Below, one piece after another: positions 31,500-41,739 of a stretch of DNA of 64,000 nt. The stretch covers positions 1,376,001 through 1,440,000 of the forward strand of contig OZ241744.1 of the NCBI GenBank assembly GCA_965200965.1, in the 5' to 3' direction. The notes under the pieces are model-generated. The model ran no database searches and was not told the DNA's origin. It saw nothing but the letters and a program-made list of their open reading frames with translations. The translations under genes were made by a program, and so were the position numbers. The stretch comes from an uncultured Candidatus Binatia bacterium. GTDB taxonomy: Bacteria > Desulfobacterota > Binatia > Bin18. Positions within the stretch are counted from its first letter, which is position 1. Every line of letters begins with the position of its first letter.

Positions 31500-32111
31500 T
31501 CAGGCGCTGCGCTTGAGCTCTTCTTCGACCAGGACCAAGCGGTCGTTGCCAAAAAACATTGCGCCGTTGACAAACATGGTCGGCGTGCCATAGCCGCCCC
31601 GCCGCATGAGCTCATCGGTGTTGGCCCGGATACGGTCTTTGTAGTCCTGGCGGGCGATCTTGTCGAAATACTCCTGCGGGTCAAGCCCGACCGCCTCCAC
31701 AATGGCGCGCAGCACCGCATCCTGGCTGATGTCCTTGTCCTCCCCCCAATAGGTCTCAAACACGCGGAAGCTGTAGGGCAGAAAGGTGTTCGGATGCTCC
31801 AGCGCTACCAGGGCACCGCGCAGGGCTTTGACCGAGTTGACCGGAAACACGCTGGGCGGGTTTTTAATGGTCAGCGCGTAGTAGCGCGCCCAGTCCTGCA
31901 TGTCCTTGGCCATATATTTTTGCTTGGCCGCAACGCCCTTCTCGCGGAACTCGTAGACCGACGGATTGATTGTGTTGAAGATGCCGCCGACCAGAATGGG
32001 CCGCCAGCTTAAGGCGGCAGCGTATTTCCGACACAGGCCGTCAATTCTGGTAAACGCCAAATACGTCCAGGGGCTGGAATAGTCATAAAAAAATTCGACC
32101 TGAGCGGCCAT
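31500..32111 (-). CDS. 2-hydroxychromene-2-carboxylate isomerase / DsbA (GST-kappa) family
   Basis: FFYDYSSPWTYL, GTPTMFV, FFGNDRL. Confidence 0.9.
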   Translation of the reverse strand: MAAQVEFFYDYSSPWTYLAFTRIDGLCRKYAAALSWRPILVGGIFNTINPSVYEFREKGVAAKQKYMAKDMQDWARYYALTIKNPPSVFPVNSVKALRGALVALEHPNTFLPYSFRVFETYWGEDKDISQDAVLRAIVEAVGLDPQEYFDKIARQDYKDRIRANTDELMRRGGYGTPTMFVNGAMFFGNDRLVLVEEELKRSA

Positions 32112-32883
32112 GTGGGCTCTCCTTTGCAAGCGGCTGAGGGGTTAAGAAATCGGCGATCAGCCGGTTCATTGCCGGGGCATGGGCGAGGTGGATATTGTGT
32201 TTGCCGTCGGGAAAAAGATGCAGTAGCGAGCCGGCAATGCCCTGGTGCAAGACATCTGCATGAAAGCGCGGGACGAGCGGGTCTTTTTCACCGTGTAGAA
32301 GAAGAGTCGGACACCGAATCTCGGCCAGGCGCTGGCGGCATACCTCACCCCCGGCTTTGTACAGGGCGTACATCACGTCGCACCAGCCCGTCCACAGCTC
32401 CTGGAGTTCATCGCCGTACAGCGCACCCATTGCCTGGCGCATCCGGGGGGACCAGGACGACAGGGATCGGGTTTTTTCATAGCACTCAATATCGTGGCGG
32501 CTGATGTGGGCGTTGCCGCCCCACACGACGAGTTTTTCGACCCGCCGGGGATGGGCCAGGGTCAGCAGCAGACCGATGATCGCGCCATCGCTCCAGCCCC
32601 CAACAGCGTAGGACTCACAGCCCAGATGGGCCATCAGGGCCGCGCAGTCTTCGGCATCCCGGTGGTAGAAATCCAGCGGAAAATCGCGCTTGGGCGGGCG
32701 TGACTTGCCATAGCCACGCGGGTCAAAGGCAATGACCCGCACCCCCATCCCGGGCAACTGTTCAAGCTGTGGGCCGAAGTCCGACTGGCCGGTTCCAAGT
32801 GCACCGGGAATCAAGACCAGCGGCACGCCGTGTCCGCGGTCTTCGTAGTACAGCCTGACTCCCCGGAGCTGTGCATACGGCAT
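32083..32883 (-). CDS. Alpha/beta hydrolase (valacyclovir hydrolase-like)
   Basis: PGALG, DPRGYGKS, GWSDG, GKHNIHL; start at ATG 32883. Confidence 0.85.
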   Translation of the reverse strand: MPYAQLRGVRLYYEDRGHGVPLVLIPGALGTGQSDFGPQLEQLPGMGVRVIAFDPRGYGKSRPPKRDFPLDFYHRDAEDCAALMAHLGCESYAVGGWSDGAIIGLLLTLAHPRRVEKLVVWGGNAHISRHDIECYEKTRSLSSWSPRMRQAMGALYGDELQELWTGWCDVMYALYKAGGEVCRQRLAEIRCPTLLLHGEKDPLVPRFHADVLHQGIAGSLLHLFPDGKHNIHLAHAPAMNRLIADFLTPQPLAKESPHGRSGRIFL

Positions 32884-33021
32884 GTCTTCGCCTCCTCGCC
32901 CTACACTGATACCACAATCGTGGCCAGGAGAGAACCGGGGGGTGGCTGTCTTGCAGAAGCCGCCTGTCTCTGCCACAGTACACGGGGTACCGCAAGGACC
33001 GCTGGACGGCGAGAGGGGCGT

Positions 33022-33618
33022 ATGAAAACCATAGGATTGACTGGCGGGATTGGCTCGGGCAAGAGCACCGTCTCTCAGCTGCTGGCAGAACTCGGCGCGC
33101 TTGTCATTGACGCCGATACAGTCGGCCACGAAATCTATCTGCCGGGCAAGGAAGCCTGGAAGCAGGTCACGGGTGCCTTCGGCCCGGAGATTGTGGCCGC
33201 GGATCAAACTATTGACCGGAAAAAACTCGGCGCGATTGTGTTTGGCAGCCCCGAGGCGCTCCAGCGCTTAAACGCCATTGTCCATCCCCTGATGTTCCAG
33301 GACATCGCCCGGCGTATCCAGGACAAACGCGCCGCGGGGTTCTCTGAGCCTATCGTGGTGGAGGCGGCCATTCTGATCGAGGCCAACTGGATGCCCCTGG
33401 TTGACGAGGTGTGGCTGGTCGAAGCCAGCACCCAGGCCGTGGTTGAGCGCGTCACCGCACAACGCGGCTTGGCGGCCAGCGAGACCGAGGCCCGCATTGC
33501 CAGCCAGTTGTCCAAGGCCGAACGGCGCAAACACGCCCAGATCGTTATCCATAATGACGGATCGCTGGCCGACCTCAAGCGCCGGATCAATCGGGCCTGG
33601 GAGCGGCTGTCAGCATGA
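33022..33618 (+). CDS. coaE: Dephospho-CoA kinase
   Basis: IGLTGGIGSGKST, IDAD, IDRKKLG, LNAIVHP. Confidence 0.95.
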   Translation: MKTIGLTGGIGSGKSTVSQLLAELGALVIDADTVGHEIYLPGKEAWKQVTGAFGPEIVAADQTIDRKKLGAIVFGSPEALQRLNAIVHPLMFQDIARRIQDKRAAGFSEPIVVEAAILIEANWMPLVDEVWLVEASTQAVVERVTAQRGLAASETEARIASQLSKAERRKHAQIVIHNDGSLADLKRRINRAWERLSA

Positions 33619-34280
33619 GAGGCCTGGCAGTCACAGGCGTCATCTTTGATATGGACGGCACCCTGGCCGACTCGGTGGAATACTTCTACCGGGTCTCGCT
33701 GGAAGTCCTGGAGATTGCCGGCGTCCCCCCGCCCTCCCGGGAGCGGGTGTACGCGCTGATGCGGGCCGGGGATGACAATCCGCTGCTCAAGCTCTTTCCG
33801 CCCGACCATCCAGACCCGGCGGCCACCCTCAAGCGCATTGTTGACGACCGGATGGACGCCTGGATGGCACACTATCACCACAAGACCGCGGCCATTCCGG
33901 GCAGTCTGGAACTGCTCAAGCATCTGCACACCCGAGGGCTGCGGCTCGGCATTGCCACCTCTTCGGGCCGTGCGCTGCCGTTTCTGGATCACTGGGGGGT
34001 CCGCCGTCTGTTCAGCGGCATTATCGGCCGGGAGGATGTTGAGCACAAAAAGCCGCACCCTGAGCCGATTCTCAGGTGTCTGGAGCGCCTCGCCCTCCAG
34101 CCGCACGAGGCGGTGTATATCGGCGACTCGCCAATTGACGTGCAGGCCAGCCGGGCCGCGGGTTCGCATACCGTCGGGGTGTTGACCGGCACCAGCGACC
34201 GGGCGGTCATGCTGCACCACGCGCCGGACTATATTCTGGACAGTGTGGTCGAACTGCCCGATATCCTCGCCACGCACTAG
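33615..34280 (+). CDS. HAD-superfamily hydrolase
   Basis: FDMDGTL, KPHP, IGDS. Confidence 0.9.
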   Translation: MRGLAVTGVIFDMDGTLADSVEYFYRVSLEVLEIAGVPPPSRERVYALMRAGDDNPLLKLFPPDHPDPAATLKRIVDDRMDAWMAHYHHKTAAIPGSLELLKHLHTRGLRLGIATSSGRALPFLDHWGVRRLFSGIIGREDVEHKKPHPEPILRCLERLALQPHEAVYIGDSPIDVQASRAAGSHTVGVLTGTSDRAVMLHHAPDYILDSVVELPDILATH

Positions 34281-34292
34281 AGAGGACAGACA

Positions 34293-34760
34293 ATGGGACA
34301 TCTGCTTGGCATCGCCGTGCGCCGCGCTTCACGCGCGCCAATGGAAACCCGAGACCAGACCCACATCAGCCAACACAGCGGTCTTCAGGGCGACTATCGG
34401 GGCAAATACGGCCCGCGTCAGATCACCGTCCTGTCTCAAGAGGCGTGGCAGGCCGCCTGTCAGGACCTCCGGGTCGAGCTGCCGTGGACGGCCCGCCGGG
34501 CCAACCTGCTCATCAGTGGCATTAAGCTAGAGCAAACGACCCGCCACATTCTGCGCATCGGCCCGATCAGACTGACCATTACCGGCGAAACCGACCCCTG
34601 CCAGCGGATGGACATGCAGCACCTGGGGTTACGCCAAGCCCTCGTCCCGGCTTGGCGGGGCGGGGTCACATGTTTTGTCCTGAGCGAGGGCGAGATTCGT
34701 CTTGGCGATGAGATCGAGTTGCTGTCCGATAGAGATTGTATGGATCGGACTTTGCTCTAA
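34293..34760 (+). CDS. MOSC domain protein
   Basis: GLQGD, RQIT, RRANLLISG, PCQRM, GEIRLGD. Confidence 0.85.
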   Translation: MGHLLGIAVRRASRAPMETRDQTHISQHSGLQGDYRGKYGPRQITVLSQEAWQAACQDLRVELPWTARRANLLISGIKLEQTTRHILRIGPIRLTITGETDPCQRMDMQHLGLRQALVPAWRGGVTCFVLSEGEIRLGDEIELLSDRDCMDRTLL

Positions 34761-35296
34761 CCCTCCAGCGTCCACACATCGCACCACACCTCCGCCGGCC
34801 GGCCCGGTCCAGGTAGAGACAGGGTGCGTATCGTGGCCGCTACCCCCAGGGGCACGGCCTCAGCCGCCAGGGCTTTCAGTCGCGCGATAACGCTGGCCGG
34901 CAAACGGCCAAGCGGAACGCGCTGCGGAACATCCCCCCTGTCCCGCCACTCGCCACGCACCGCTATCGTGTCTTCATCCAGATATTCCAGCGACAGCCGG
35001 CGCGCCTGGCCAGTCATAAAGGTGGTAATGCGCCCCGCTTCCGCGGCCTGCGACAGCCCTTCCAGGCGGACATTTTCGGCCAGCCGCGGGGTGAGATAGG
35101 CGACCGAATACGGGGACAGCCTCGGCGGGGTGTCTGCCGTAGCAAACAGCCCGCCGGGGTCCTGACGCAAGCGGATGAGAGACGGCCCATCCGTCACCAG
35201 GCGGAAGGCCCGCTCATACGGAACGGTGACCGCATCGTCTGGGCTGTCAAGCAGCAAAATCTCTTCGGACCGCGAACGCTCGCCAGGCATCTTCAT
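34757..35296 (-). CDS. Hypothetical protein
   Basis: Fills the gap directly downstream of the SDR gene on the same strand; no motif recognised. Confidence 0.55.
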   Translation of the reverse strand: MKMPGERSRSEEILLLDSPDDAVTVPYERAFRLVTDGPSLIRLRQDPGGLFATADTPPRLSPYSVAYLTPRLAENVRLEGLSQAAEAGRITTFMTGQARRLSLEYLDEDTIAVRGEWRDRGDVPQRVPLGRLPASVIARLKALAAEAVPLGVAATIRTLSLPGPGRPAEVWCDVWTLEG

Positions 35297-35298
35297 CG

Positions 35299-36069
35299 CT
35301 AAATCAACGACCGCGACTGACAGCCATCAACGGTAATACACGCCCCGGATACCCAGTTTGCCCGGCCCGAAGCCAGGAACACCACCACGTCAGCCACCTC
35401 CTCCACCGTGCCAAAGCGGCCGGCTGGCAGCTCGGCCTTGATGAACGCCGCAATGCCCTCCGGGTTCTGCTGCTGACGCCGCTCCCACGACCCGCCGGGA
35501 AACAGAATCGAGCCAGGCGCAACGCTGTTGACCCGCACGCCGTGCGGGGCCAGCTCACGGGCCATTTCTTTGGACAGGCTGATCATGGCGGCTTTGGAGG
35601 CGTTATACGTCATCGGTCCGCCCCACTCGCGGCCATAGATCGAACTGATGTTGATCACGCAGCCGCTCCCCTGCTCCCGCATAGCCGGCACAGCCAGCCG
35701 ACACAGCTCGAGCGCTGAAAAGAAATTGAGATCAAAACCCTTGTGCCAGTCCTCACCCGAGGCATCCAGGTTCCCGCCCGGACGCGAGCCGCCAACATTG
35801 TTGACCAGGATGTCGATAGCCCCGTACTCCCGGCGCGTGGCCTCAACCCAGCCCTTGGTCTGGATCTCGTTCGAGACATCAAGGGCGGTGGTCAGGACCC
35901 GGCCGCCCCGACCGCGGATTGCCTCGGCCGTCTGCTCCAACGCTTCCCGGCCCCGCGCACAGACGCTGAGGCGGCAGCCCTCGGCAGCCAAGCCCAGCGC
36001 AATCGCCTTGCCGATCCCGCGGCTGGCCCCGCTGACCATTGCGACTTTCCCTGCAAGTCCCAACTCCAT
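35299..36069 (-). CDS. SDR family oxidoreductase
   Basis: GASRGIG, LVNNVG, YNASK. Confidence 0.92.
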   Translation of the reverse strand: MELGLAGKVAMVSGASRGIGKAIALGLAAEGCRLSVCARGREALEQTAEAIRGRGGRVLTTALDVSNEIQTKGWVEATRREYGAIDILVNNVGGSRPGGNLDASGEDWHKGFDLNFFSALELCRLAVPAMREQGSGCVINISSIYGREWGGPMTYNASKAAMISLSKEMARELAPHGVRVNSVAPGSILFPGGSWERRQQQNPEGIAAFIKAELPAGRFGTVEEVADVVVFLASGRANWVSGACITVDGCQSRSLI

Positions 36070-36219
36070 AACTCCCTCCGCTGTGTATCCTGCCGGTCTA
36101 CATAGCCTGTGTGCGGCTGGGCTGCCAGAGCCCGAACAAGAGCCCCACTAACTCTTGCCAGCATCCGACCTGTCCAGATAGACTGGACGGCGGCTCACAA
36201 CACAGCAGGGAGGGAGAAT

Positions 36220-36942
36220 ATGCCAGAGCATTTTGTGCTGGACAAAGACGGTCGGATTGCCACCCTGACCTTTAACCGGCCCGAAAAACGCAATCCGCTG
36301 AACGAGGCGATCTTGCACGAACTCGAAGGGCTGCTCCATCAGGTCCGCGATGACCCCGCGGTTCGGGTCATGATCTTCACCGGCACGGGCAACACCTTTT
36401 GTGCCGGAGCCGACCTGAGCCAGACCAGGGGGGTCGCCGACAGGCACGAGCGGGAACGTATCTTCGCCAGCTATCGGCAACGCCGGGGGCGGCTGGTCGG
36501 ACGTATTCTGCACACCCTGGTCCACCTTGAGCCGATGACCATTGCGGCCATCAACGGCTATGCGGTCGGCGGTGGCTGGGCGCTGGCCCTGGGCTGTGAT
36601 CTTCGGCTCGCGGTGGAGGAGGCCCAATTCTGGTTTCCCGAAGTAGACCTCGGGGTGCCGCTCAGCCCCGATTCAACCGCCCTGCTGACCGCCCATGTCG
36701 GCCCAACGCTGGCCAAGGAGATCATCATCACCTGCCGCCGGTATATGGCCGAAGAATTGGTCCCCCTGGGGCTGCTTAACCGGGTGGTCAAAAGGGATGC
36801 GCTTACGGCCACAGTACGCGAGCTGGCCGACAGCCTGGTGGACAAGAATCCCCAAGCCGTGGTCGCCTCCAAGGCGACGGTCAATGCCGCGGCGTTCGGA
36901 GGGGCGGTCGTCAGCCCGGACCTGCTCCTGAGCAGGGACTAG
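36220..36942 (+). CDS. Enoyl-CoA hydratase/isomerase family
   Basis: NRPEKRN, FCAGADL, GYAVGGG, PEVDLG. Confidence 0.9.
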   Translation: MPEHFVLDKDGRIATLTFNRPEKRNPLNEAILHELEGLLHQVRDDPAVRVMIFTGTGNTFCAGADLSQTRGVADRHERERIFASYRQRRGRLVGRILHTLVHLEPMTIAAINGYAVGGGWALALGCDLRLAVEEAQFWFPEVDLGVPLSPDSTALLTAHVGPTLAKEIIITCRRYMAEELVPLGLLNRVVKRDALTATVRELADSLVDKNPQAVVASKATVNAAAFGGAVVSPDLLLSRD

Positions 36943-37014
36943 CAGGGCCTGAGGCATGGGGGGAAAGGTTCTGCCCGCTCGCCTGTCGCCTCCGATTCAG
37001 TCAAGGAGAGCCGT

Positions 37015-38169
37015 ATGCCGTCTATGGAACAATGCCCTGAAATCCGTGAAGAGATGCGCAAGCTGTGTCGCAAATATCCAGATGAGTACTGGCGCAGACT
37101 CGATAAAGAGGACGCCTATCCCGCACACTTTGTTCAGGAACTGACCGATGCCGGTTGGCTGGCCGCGCTGATTCCAGAGCAGTACGGTGGCTCGGGCCTG
37201 ACGGTTCGGGAAGCCAGCGTGATCCTCGAAGAAATCAACCGCTCGGGCGGCAACGCCGCCGCCTGTCACGCCCAGATGTATATCATGGGTGCCCTGCTCC
37301 GCCACGGCAGCAACGAACAAAAAGCGCGCTACCTGCCCAAAATTGCCAGCGGTGAGATCCGCCTCCAGGCGTTTGGCGTCACCGAGCCGAACGCCGGCTC
37401 AGACACGACCCGGCTCGAAACCTTCGCCCGCAAGGACGGGGACTATTATATTGTGAATGGGGCCAAGATTTTTATCTCCCGCGTCCAGCACTCCGACATG
37501 ATGCTGCTGCTGGCCCGGACCACGCCGGCAGCCGAGTGTCCCAAAAAGACACTGGGGCTGAGCGTGTTCCTGGTTGATCTGAAACAGGCCGGCAACGCGC
37601 TTGAGGTGCGAAAAATTGACGCCATGATCAACCATGAAACCAACCAGCTCTTTTTCCACGACCTCAAGGTTCCCAAAGAAAATCTGATCGGCGAAGAAAA
37701 CCGGGGCTTCTCCTATATTCTGGATGGCATGAACGCCGAGCGTATTCTGGTCGCGGCCGAGTCGGTTGGCGACGCGCGCTGGTTTATCGACCGCGCCGTC
37801 ACCTACGGCAAGGAGCGCGTCATCTTTGGCCGCCCGATCGCCCAGAACCAGGGCATCCAGTTTCCGCTCGCCCAGGCCTACGCCCAGACCGAGGCCGCCG
37901 ACCTGATGCGGTTTCGGGCCGCCGAGCTGTTCGACACCGGCCAGCCGTGCGGACCCGAGGCCAACATGGCCAAGCTGCTGTGTGCCCAAGCCGCCTGGGC
38001 CGCGGCCAACGCCGCCCTCGACACCCACGGCGGCTACGGCTTTGCCGCCGAGTATGACGTGGAGCGCAAGTTCCGCGAGTGCCGCCTGTTCACCATTGCC
38101 CCAATCTCAAACAATATGGTCCTCAACTATGTGGCCGAGCATGTGCTGGGGATGCCACGCTCGTACTGA
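37015..38169 (+). CDS. Acyl-CoA dehydrogenase
   Basis: GVTEPNAGSD, NGAKIFIS, FGRPIAQNQG, HGGYG. Confidence 0.93.
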   Translation: MPSMEQCPEIREEMRKLCRKYPDEYWRRLDKEDAYPAHFVQELTDAGWLAALIPEQYGGSGLTVREASVILEEINRSGGNAAACHAQMYIMGALLRHGSNEQKARYLPKIASGEIRLQAFGVTEPNAGSDTTRLETFARKDGDYYIVNGAKIFISRVQHSDMMLLLARTTPAAECPKKTLGLSVFLVDLKQAGNALEVRKIDAMINHETNQLFFHDLKVPKENLIGEENRGFSYILDGMNAERILVAAESVGDARWFIDRAVTYGKERVIFGRPIAQNQGIQFPLAQAYAQTEAADLMRFRAAELFDTGQPCGPEANMAKLLCAQAAWAAANAALDTHGGYGFAAEYDVERKFRECRLFTIAPISNNMVLNYVAEHVLGMPRSY

Positions 38170-38218
38170 CTGTGCCCCGCGTCACATGTCTTGAACGCGC
38201 TATCACCCAGGAGGCAGC

Positions 38219-39448
38219 ATGGGAGCACTGACCGATAAGTACTGCATTGTTGGAGTCGGCGAGACGCCGCATATGCGGCCGTCGAACCGCACCACCCTGT
38301 CCATGGCCTGCGAGGCCGTCAAAAAAGCCATGACCGACGCCGGTCTTGGGCCGGGCGACATTGACGGTATGAGCAGTTATCAGGCCGGCGACTCAACCAC
38401 CTCAAACCATGTGGCGAGCTCGTTGGGTATGCGCCTCAACTATTCGGTCGATATCCTGGGCGGCGGCTCAAGTACCGAGGCCCTGCTTGGCAAGACAATC
38501 GGCCTGCTTGAAGCCGGCTACTGCAAAGTCATGGTGATCTTCCGCTCGATGAACGGTCGCTCGGGCCGTCGCATGGGCGGGCAGGCCCCCAGCGGTCCAG
38601 TGCCGCCCACCCGGGCCGCGGAAGACAACCAGTTCATGATGCCCTGGGGCTGGACCTCCCCGGCCCAACGCTTCGGCATGTCGGCCATGCGCTATTTGCG
38701 CGATACCGGCACAAGCACAAAGTCCCTGGCCGAGGTCGCGGTCGCCCACCGGCACCACGCCAGCCTGAACCCCAAGGCCGCCATGCGCCACCCGATCACG
38801 ATTGCGGACCACCAGAACTCGCGCTGGGTTGTCAAACCCTTCCGCCTGCTGGACTGCTGTTTGGAGACCGATGTGTCTGCCGCGCTGATTGTCACCTCGC
38901 GCGAGCGCGCCTACGACCTGCGCCAACCACCGGTGTTCATCATGGGCGGGACCGGCCGCACTATGGCCCCCAACGCGGCCTGGAACTACTCCCGGCCGGA
39001 GATTCACTATGTGGCCGGCAACTATGGCCGCCAACGCTTGTTCGGGATGGCCGGCATCAGCCACAAGGATGTCAACCTGATCTCGTGCTACGACGCCTTC
39101 ACCTTTACTACCCTGATCCAGCTCGAAGCCTACGGCTTCTGCGGCAAAGGCGAAGCCGGCGAGTTTGTCAAAGGCGGACGCCTCCAGATCGATCATCAAC
39201 TGCCCTCAAACCTGTCCGGGGGCCATCTGTCCGAGGGCTATACCCACGGGATCAGCATGGTGATTGAGAATGCCCGCCAACTCCGTCACCGCGCCGACGA
39301 CGCCTGCCCGGGCTGGGCCGAGGGCAAGCACAGCTACGACCGTGAGGCCGGCTGTCGGCAGGTGAGAGACGCCCGGATCGCGGCCTGTCTGGGCTGGGGA
39401 ACGGAAACCATGTCAAGTTCGGCAATTCTGCGCGGGATTGCAGCCTGA
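38219..39448 (+). CDS. Thiolase-fold (SCPx/Ltp2-like) protein
   Basis: IVGVGET, LLDCCLETD, YDAFT, GGHLSEGYTHG; no canonical N-terminal catalytic Cys. Confidence 0.85.
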   Translation: MGALTDKYCIVGVGETPHMRPSNRTTLSMACEAVKKAMTDAGLGPGDIDGMSSYQAGDSTTSNHVASSLGMRLNYSVDILGGGSSTEALLGKTIGLLEAGYCKVMVIFRSMNGRSGRRMGGQAPSGPVPPTRAAEDNQFMMPWGWTSPAQRFGMSAMRYLRDTGTSTKSLAEVAVAHRHHASLNPKAAMRHPITIADHQNSRWVVKPFRLLDCCLETDVSAALIVTSRERAYDLRQPPVFIMGGTGRTMAPNAAWNYSRPEIHYVAGNYGRQRLFGMAGISHKDVNLISCYDAFTFTTLIQLEAYGFCGKGEAGEFVKGGRLQIDHQLPSNLSGGHLSEGYTHGISMVIENARQLRHRADDACPGWAEGKHSYDREAGCRQVRDARIAACLGWGTETMSSSAILRGIAA

Positions 39449-39460
39449 GGAGGGCGGAGT

Positions 39461-39931
39461 ATGCCAGGCCCGATTGATTACAGCAAAATCATGATTGTCC
39501 CGGACTTCGACACAGCCGAATGGTGGCTGGGCACCAAAGTCGGCAAGTATCTGGTGCGCCAGTGCAAGGACTGTGGGCACACCTGGTTCCCGCCCTTCCC
39601 GGCCTGCAATACATGTACCTCAATGAACCTGGGCTGGTTTGAAACGGCCGGCAGAGGCGTATTGCACAGCTATATCGTCGTCACCCAGCCGATTCTGGGT
39701 GCCTTTGTCGAGGCCGTCCCGTATGTCGTCGGCCTGATTGAACTCGACGACTGCCACGAGGCCGACGGCTCGCTGGTCCGCGTTGGCGGCGTACTGCTCG
39801 ACGACGAGGACGCCGTGGCTATCGGCCTGCCGGTCGAGGTCGGGTTTGAGCAAACCAGCGACCCGGATATTGTTGTGCCGCGCTGGAAGATCTGCGGTAC
39901 CGCGGACAATACCTGGAAGTTCACCGGGTAG
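39461..39931 (+). CDS. DUF35 Zn-ribbon/OB-fold protein
   Basis: QCKDCG...FPP...CNTC, PYVVGLIEL, IGLPV. Confidence 0.88.
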   Translation: MPGPIDYSKIMIVPDFDTAEWWLGTKVGKYLVRQCKDCGHTWFPPFPACNTCTSMNLGWFETAGRGVLHSYIVVTQPILGAFVEAVPYVVGLIELDDCHEADGSLVRVGGVLLDDEDAVAIGLPVEVGFEQTSDPDIVVPRWKICGTADNTWKFTG

Positions 39932-39961
39932 CGCGGCCAGGCCAATAAGAGGAGACAGACG

Positions 39962-40732
39962 ATGGCTGACGAAATCCTGTGTTCCATCCAAGACAGTATT
40001 GCCACCATCACCATGAACCGGCCCGAGAAACGCAACGCCATGAATAGCGCCTTGCTCGACGGTCTGGTCAGCAACTTCACCGCCCTTGAAACCAATCCGG
40101 ATGTGCGGGTTATCGTCATCCGGGGCGCGGGCAAAGCGTTTTGCGCCGGTCTTGATCTGCGCGAACTCAGCGCCCGCCAGCAGGGCGCTGACGCCGAGAT
40201 GGGCGTGGTCGAGATTCTCCAGATGATCGAGGGCGCACGTCACCCCACTCTTGCTATGGTCCAGGGCGACGCCCTGGCCGGCGGCTGTGAGTTGGCCCTG
40301 CACTGTGACCTGCGGGTCGTGTCAGACCTGGCCCGCTTTGGAATGCCGCTGGCCCGCCTGGGGTTGGTCATTCCCTTCCCGCTGTGCCAAAAGTTGGTCG
40401 AGATCGTCGGCCCGGCCTTCACCAAACAGATTTTGCTGAGCGGCCAGCCGGTCACGGCCACCCGTGCCTACGACATGGGCATGGTGCATCAGGTGGTGCC
40501 GGCCGCCGAACTTGAGCAGGCCACCTATGATCTGGCCCGGACGATTGCCGCCAACGCGCCGCTGTCCCTGTCCGGCATGAAAACCACCATCCACCGCGCG
40601 ATCTCGCTGCGCAAAACAATTGACTATCAGGACTTGCAGCAGATGGCGGCCACAGCACGGACCAGCCAGGATGCCAAAGAGGGGGTCAGGGCCATGCTGG
40701 AGAAACGCAAACCCCAGTTCCGGGGGCTGTAG
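39962..40732 (+). CDS. Enoyl-CoA hydratase/isomerase family
   Basis: NRPEKRNAM, AFCAGLDL, AGGCEL, EKRKPQF. Confidence 0.9.
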   Translation: MADEILCSIQDSIATITMNRPEKRNAMNSALLDGLVSNFTALETNPDVRVIVIRGAGKAFCAGLDLRELSARQQGADAEMGVVEILQMIEGARHPTLAMVQGDALAGGCELALHCDLRVVSDLARFGMPLARLGLVIPFPLCQKLVEIVGPAFTKQILLSGQPVTATRAYDMGMVHQVVPAAELEQATYDLARTIAANAPLSLSGMKTTIHRAISLRKTIDYQDLQQMAATARTSQDAKEGVRAMLEKRKPQFRGL

Positions 40733-40758
40733 CCGACCTCTGTGCCTGAGGCGCAATC

Positions 40759-41145
40759 GTGCTTGGTCTTGTCCTGACCGTTGGCGGTGGGCTGCTGGGG
40801 CTGGGCGGAGCCGCCTTGCTCCTGTCCGCCAGCGCCTACCTGAGCCGCCGGGGAGAGGCCATGCCCCTGTCCCTCACCCCGCCCAAACGGCTGGTTGTCT
40901 CCGGCCCCTACGCCCATATCCAACACCCCATGCTGCTCGGCGTCTTGTGCCTGGGGCTGGGTGCCGCAGCCTGGTTTCGCTCATCCGGCCTGGGGCTGGC
41001 CGGCGCGGTCTTTGGCCTGGCGGCCCATATGTGGGTCATGCTCGGCGAAGAGCCCCGACTGAAAGAGCGCTTTGGCGAAGACTATGCAGCCTACCAGGCG
41101 GCCACCCCGCGCTGGCTGCCCTTTTTTTCTACGCTCCCGGAATAG
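40759..41145 (+). CDS. Isoprenylcysteine carboxyl methyltransferase/PEMT-like membrane protein
   Basis: LVVSGPYAHIQHPM, EEPRLKERFGEDYAAY...PRW. Confidence 0.8.
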   Translation: MLGLVLTVGGGLLGLGGAALLLSASAYLSRRGEAMPLSLTPPKRLVVSGPYAHIQHPMLLGVLCLGLGAAAWFRSSGLGLAGAVFGLAAHMWVMLGEEPRLKERFGEDYAAYQAATPRWLPFFSTLPE

Positions 41146-41155
41146 GGAGGAGTCG

Positions 41156-41702
41156 ATGACCGTTCAGCACGCACCCATGACCGCTGAAGATCTGTTTGCG
41201 CTGCCCGACGACGACCACAGGTATGAGCTGGTCAAAAGAGAGTTGATTCGTCTGGCCCCCACCGGTGGAGAGCATAGAGTGCTGACCGTCCGCGTGGCCT
41301 CTGTCCTGCACGCCTCTGTCCAGGCCAATGATCTCGGTCTTGTCAGTGGCGCGGAAACGGCTTCATCCTTCAGCGCGGCCCCGACAGCGTGCGTACCCCG
41401 GACGCGGCCGGTATTGCCAGGGCACGCATCCCCGCTACCGGCGTTCCCACCGGCTACTGGCCGTTTGCGCCCGGACTTGGCGGTAGAAGTCACCTCTCCC
41501 CCAGATCGCTTCGCCTCGGTACAGACCAAAATCGCCGAGTATTTTTCGGCGGGAACACGGCTGGTGTGGGTCGTGGAGCCGGCCACACGGACGGTCTCCG
41601 TCTATCGCTCACCGCACAATGTGCAGACCCTTGGGGAAGACGATGAACTGAGTGGCGAGGGGGTGCTGCCGGGCTTTCGCTGGGCGGCGGCTGTTCGGCT
41701 GA
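41156..41702 (+). pseudogene. Uma2 (DUF820) family endonuclease disrupted by three indels
   Basis: RYELVKREL...GAET / GFILQRGPDSVRTPD...YWPFA / PDLAVEV...GTRLVWVVEP...VLPGFR / RRLFG*; the segments lie in different frames. Confidence 0.8.
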
Positions 41703-41739
41703 GTCGTATGTCTCATATTAGCCCAAGGCGATTTGCGTC

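Noticed and set aside
33204-34301. 365-aa minus-strand ORF (and similar 47793-48839, 54565-55572)
   Set aside because: Antisense to well-supported genes (coaE/HAD, SDR, PQQ-ADH).
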